DNA from: an uncultured delta proteobacterium
GTDB taxonomy: Bacteria; Desulfobacterota; WTBG01
Direction: 5' to 3'
NCBI GenBank assembly: GCA_963793865.1
Contig: CAWCBP010000001.1
Location: forward strand, 768,001 to 832,000
DNA: 64,000 bases
Part shown: positions 62,764-64,000 of the stretch, in pieces
Layout: each line of letters begins with the position of its first letter
Numbering within the stretch: position 1 is the stretch's first letter
Made by a program: the position numbers and the translations under genes
The notes under the pieces: model-generated
The model's database searches: none
What the model was told of the DNA's origin: nothing
The model's input: the letters and a program-made list of their open reading frames with translations, nothing else

Positions 62764-63927
62764 ATGCAACAGGATATAACCGCTTTCAGAAAGGATCTGC
62801 TGGGAAGGATTAAGCGGGTTGTCATCAAGGTGGGCAGCAGCGTTCTCACCGGCGGCACCGATGATCTGAACGGCGGTGTCTTCAGTAATATGGTGAGCTG
62901 CATTTCGCGGCTCCGGCACAGCGGCCGTGAGGTGGTGCTGGTTTCCTCCGGCGCCATCGCCGCGGGCAAGAAAAGCCTGCGTTGCGTGGAGCGGCCGACC
63001 AGCATTCCGCAGAAGCAGGCGTCAGCGGCCATTGGCCAGGTCCGGCTCATGGCCAGGTATGAAGCATGTTTCAGGCGGCATGGTCAGCAGATAGCGCAGG
63101 TGCTTCTGACCAGCGACGATCTGAGCAACCGGCGGAAGTTTCTCAATGCCCGCAACACCCTCTTCACCCTTTTGGAGTGCGGTATCATTCCCATCATCAA
63201 TGAAAATGACTCCGTGGTTGTCGATGAAATCAAGTTCGGCGACAATGACATGCTTTCAGCCCTGGTCACCAATCTCGTCGATGCCGATGTGCTGCTCATC
63301 TTGACGGATCAGGACGGTCTGTATGAGCAGGATCCTCAACGGCAGAAAAATGCCCGGCTGGTAAAGCTGGTTGACCGGGTCGGCGGTGCCATAGAGGATT
63401 ATGCGCAGGGAGGAGCCGGCAGGCTGGGGACGGGAGGCATGCGTTCCAAGGTTGACGCGGCAAAAAAGGCATCCCTTTTCGGGATACCCACCATCATTGT
63501 CAACGGGCTCAAACGGAGAATCATCAGCAGGGTCTTTGAAGGTGAAGACGTGGGTACGTTCTTTCTGCCGCGAAAGGCGTCCTTATCAAGCCGAAAGTAC
63601 TGGATTGCATTTAATGTGAAGCCAAAGGGGTTTCTGGTGGTCGATGACGGGGCAAAGCGGGCCATTGTTGAAAAGGGGAAGAGCCTCCTCTCGTCGGGGC
63701 TGGTTTCCGTCAGCGGCACATTTAATTTCGGCGATGCGGTCAGCTGCCGCGACATAAGCGGCAACGAATTCGCGCGGGGACTGGTGAAGTACCGTTCAGA
63801 AGAGGTGCTGAAGATCAAGGGGCTGCATACCCGGGACATAGAAAAGGCGCTGGGTTACAAGGACTATGACGAGATCATACACCGCGACGACCTGGTGGTG
63901 CTGGAGGACGAACCGTATGCACGATAA
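62764..63927 (+). CDS. proB: glutamate 5-kinase
   Basis: VIKVGSS, SSGA, NEND, FGDND, GTGGM, C-terminal PUA domain. Confidence 0.97.
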   Translation: MQQDITAFRKDLLGRIKRVVIKVGSSVLTGGTDDLNGGVFSNMVSCISRLRHSGREVVLVSSGAIAAGKKSLRCVERPTSIPQKQASAAIGQVRLMARYEACFRRHGQQIAQVLLTSDDLSNRRKFLNARNTLFTLLECGIIPIINENDSVVVDEIKFGDNDMLSALVTNLVDADVLLILTDQDGLYEQDPQRQKNARLVKLVDRVGGAIEDYAQGGAGRLGTGGMRSKVDAAKKASLFGIPTIIVNGLKRRIISRVFEGEDVGTFFLPRKASLSSRKYWIAFNVKPKGFLVVDDGAKRAIVEKGKSLLSSGLVSVSGTFNFGDAVSCRDISGNEFARGLVKYRSEEVLKIKGLHTRDIEKALGYKDYDEIIHRDDLVVLEDEPYAR

Positions 63928-64000
63928 TCAATCGCTCCTGCCGCTTGCCCGGGCCGCGCGGGAGGCCGCCTCCACTGCCGCGTCACTTTCAACCGACAGA
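63917..64000 (+). CDS. proA: probable glutamate-5-semialdehyde dehydrogenase (5' fragment)
   Basis: [28 protein letters not shown] overlaps the proB stop; canonical gene order. Confidence 0.55.
   Translation, partial: MHDNQSLLPLARAAREAASTAASLSTDR

Overview
Bacterial chromosomal window, most consistent with a deltaproteobacterial (Desulfobacterota-like) genome, inferred from gene content. Many genes in the first ~21 kb, plus obgE, are split by 1-bp indels that look like long-read errors. Contents in order: a NuoE/NuoF-like diaphorase pair; a PadR / membrane protein / ferrochelatase-like group; tsaD; a complete Tad (type IVc) pilus locus headed by four tandem flp pilin genes, with a sigma54 promoter on the pilins, a sigma28-like promoter on the assembly genes, and three flanking PilZ genes; an ExbB-ExbD-(TonB-anchor vWA)-TPR-LolA-like operon; a MauG-type di-haem enzyme / Tat metallophosphoesterase / His-Cys-type cytochrome c operon; a TMTC-like GT-C/TPR gene; murJ, dedA, tatA, MFS, larC, larB, thiL and lon; a GT2 / B12-radical SAM / carbamoyltransferase / GT-C cluster; archaeal-type aroA'/aroB'; sppA, thyA, hflKC, rpmA, obgE, proB and the start of proA. 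Several families of small palindromic repeats occupy intergenic gaps. No rRNA, tRNA or CRISPR array was recognised. The best candidates for an undescribed system are the ExbBD-vWA-TPR-LolA operon and the MauG-like triad.
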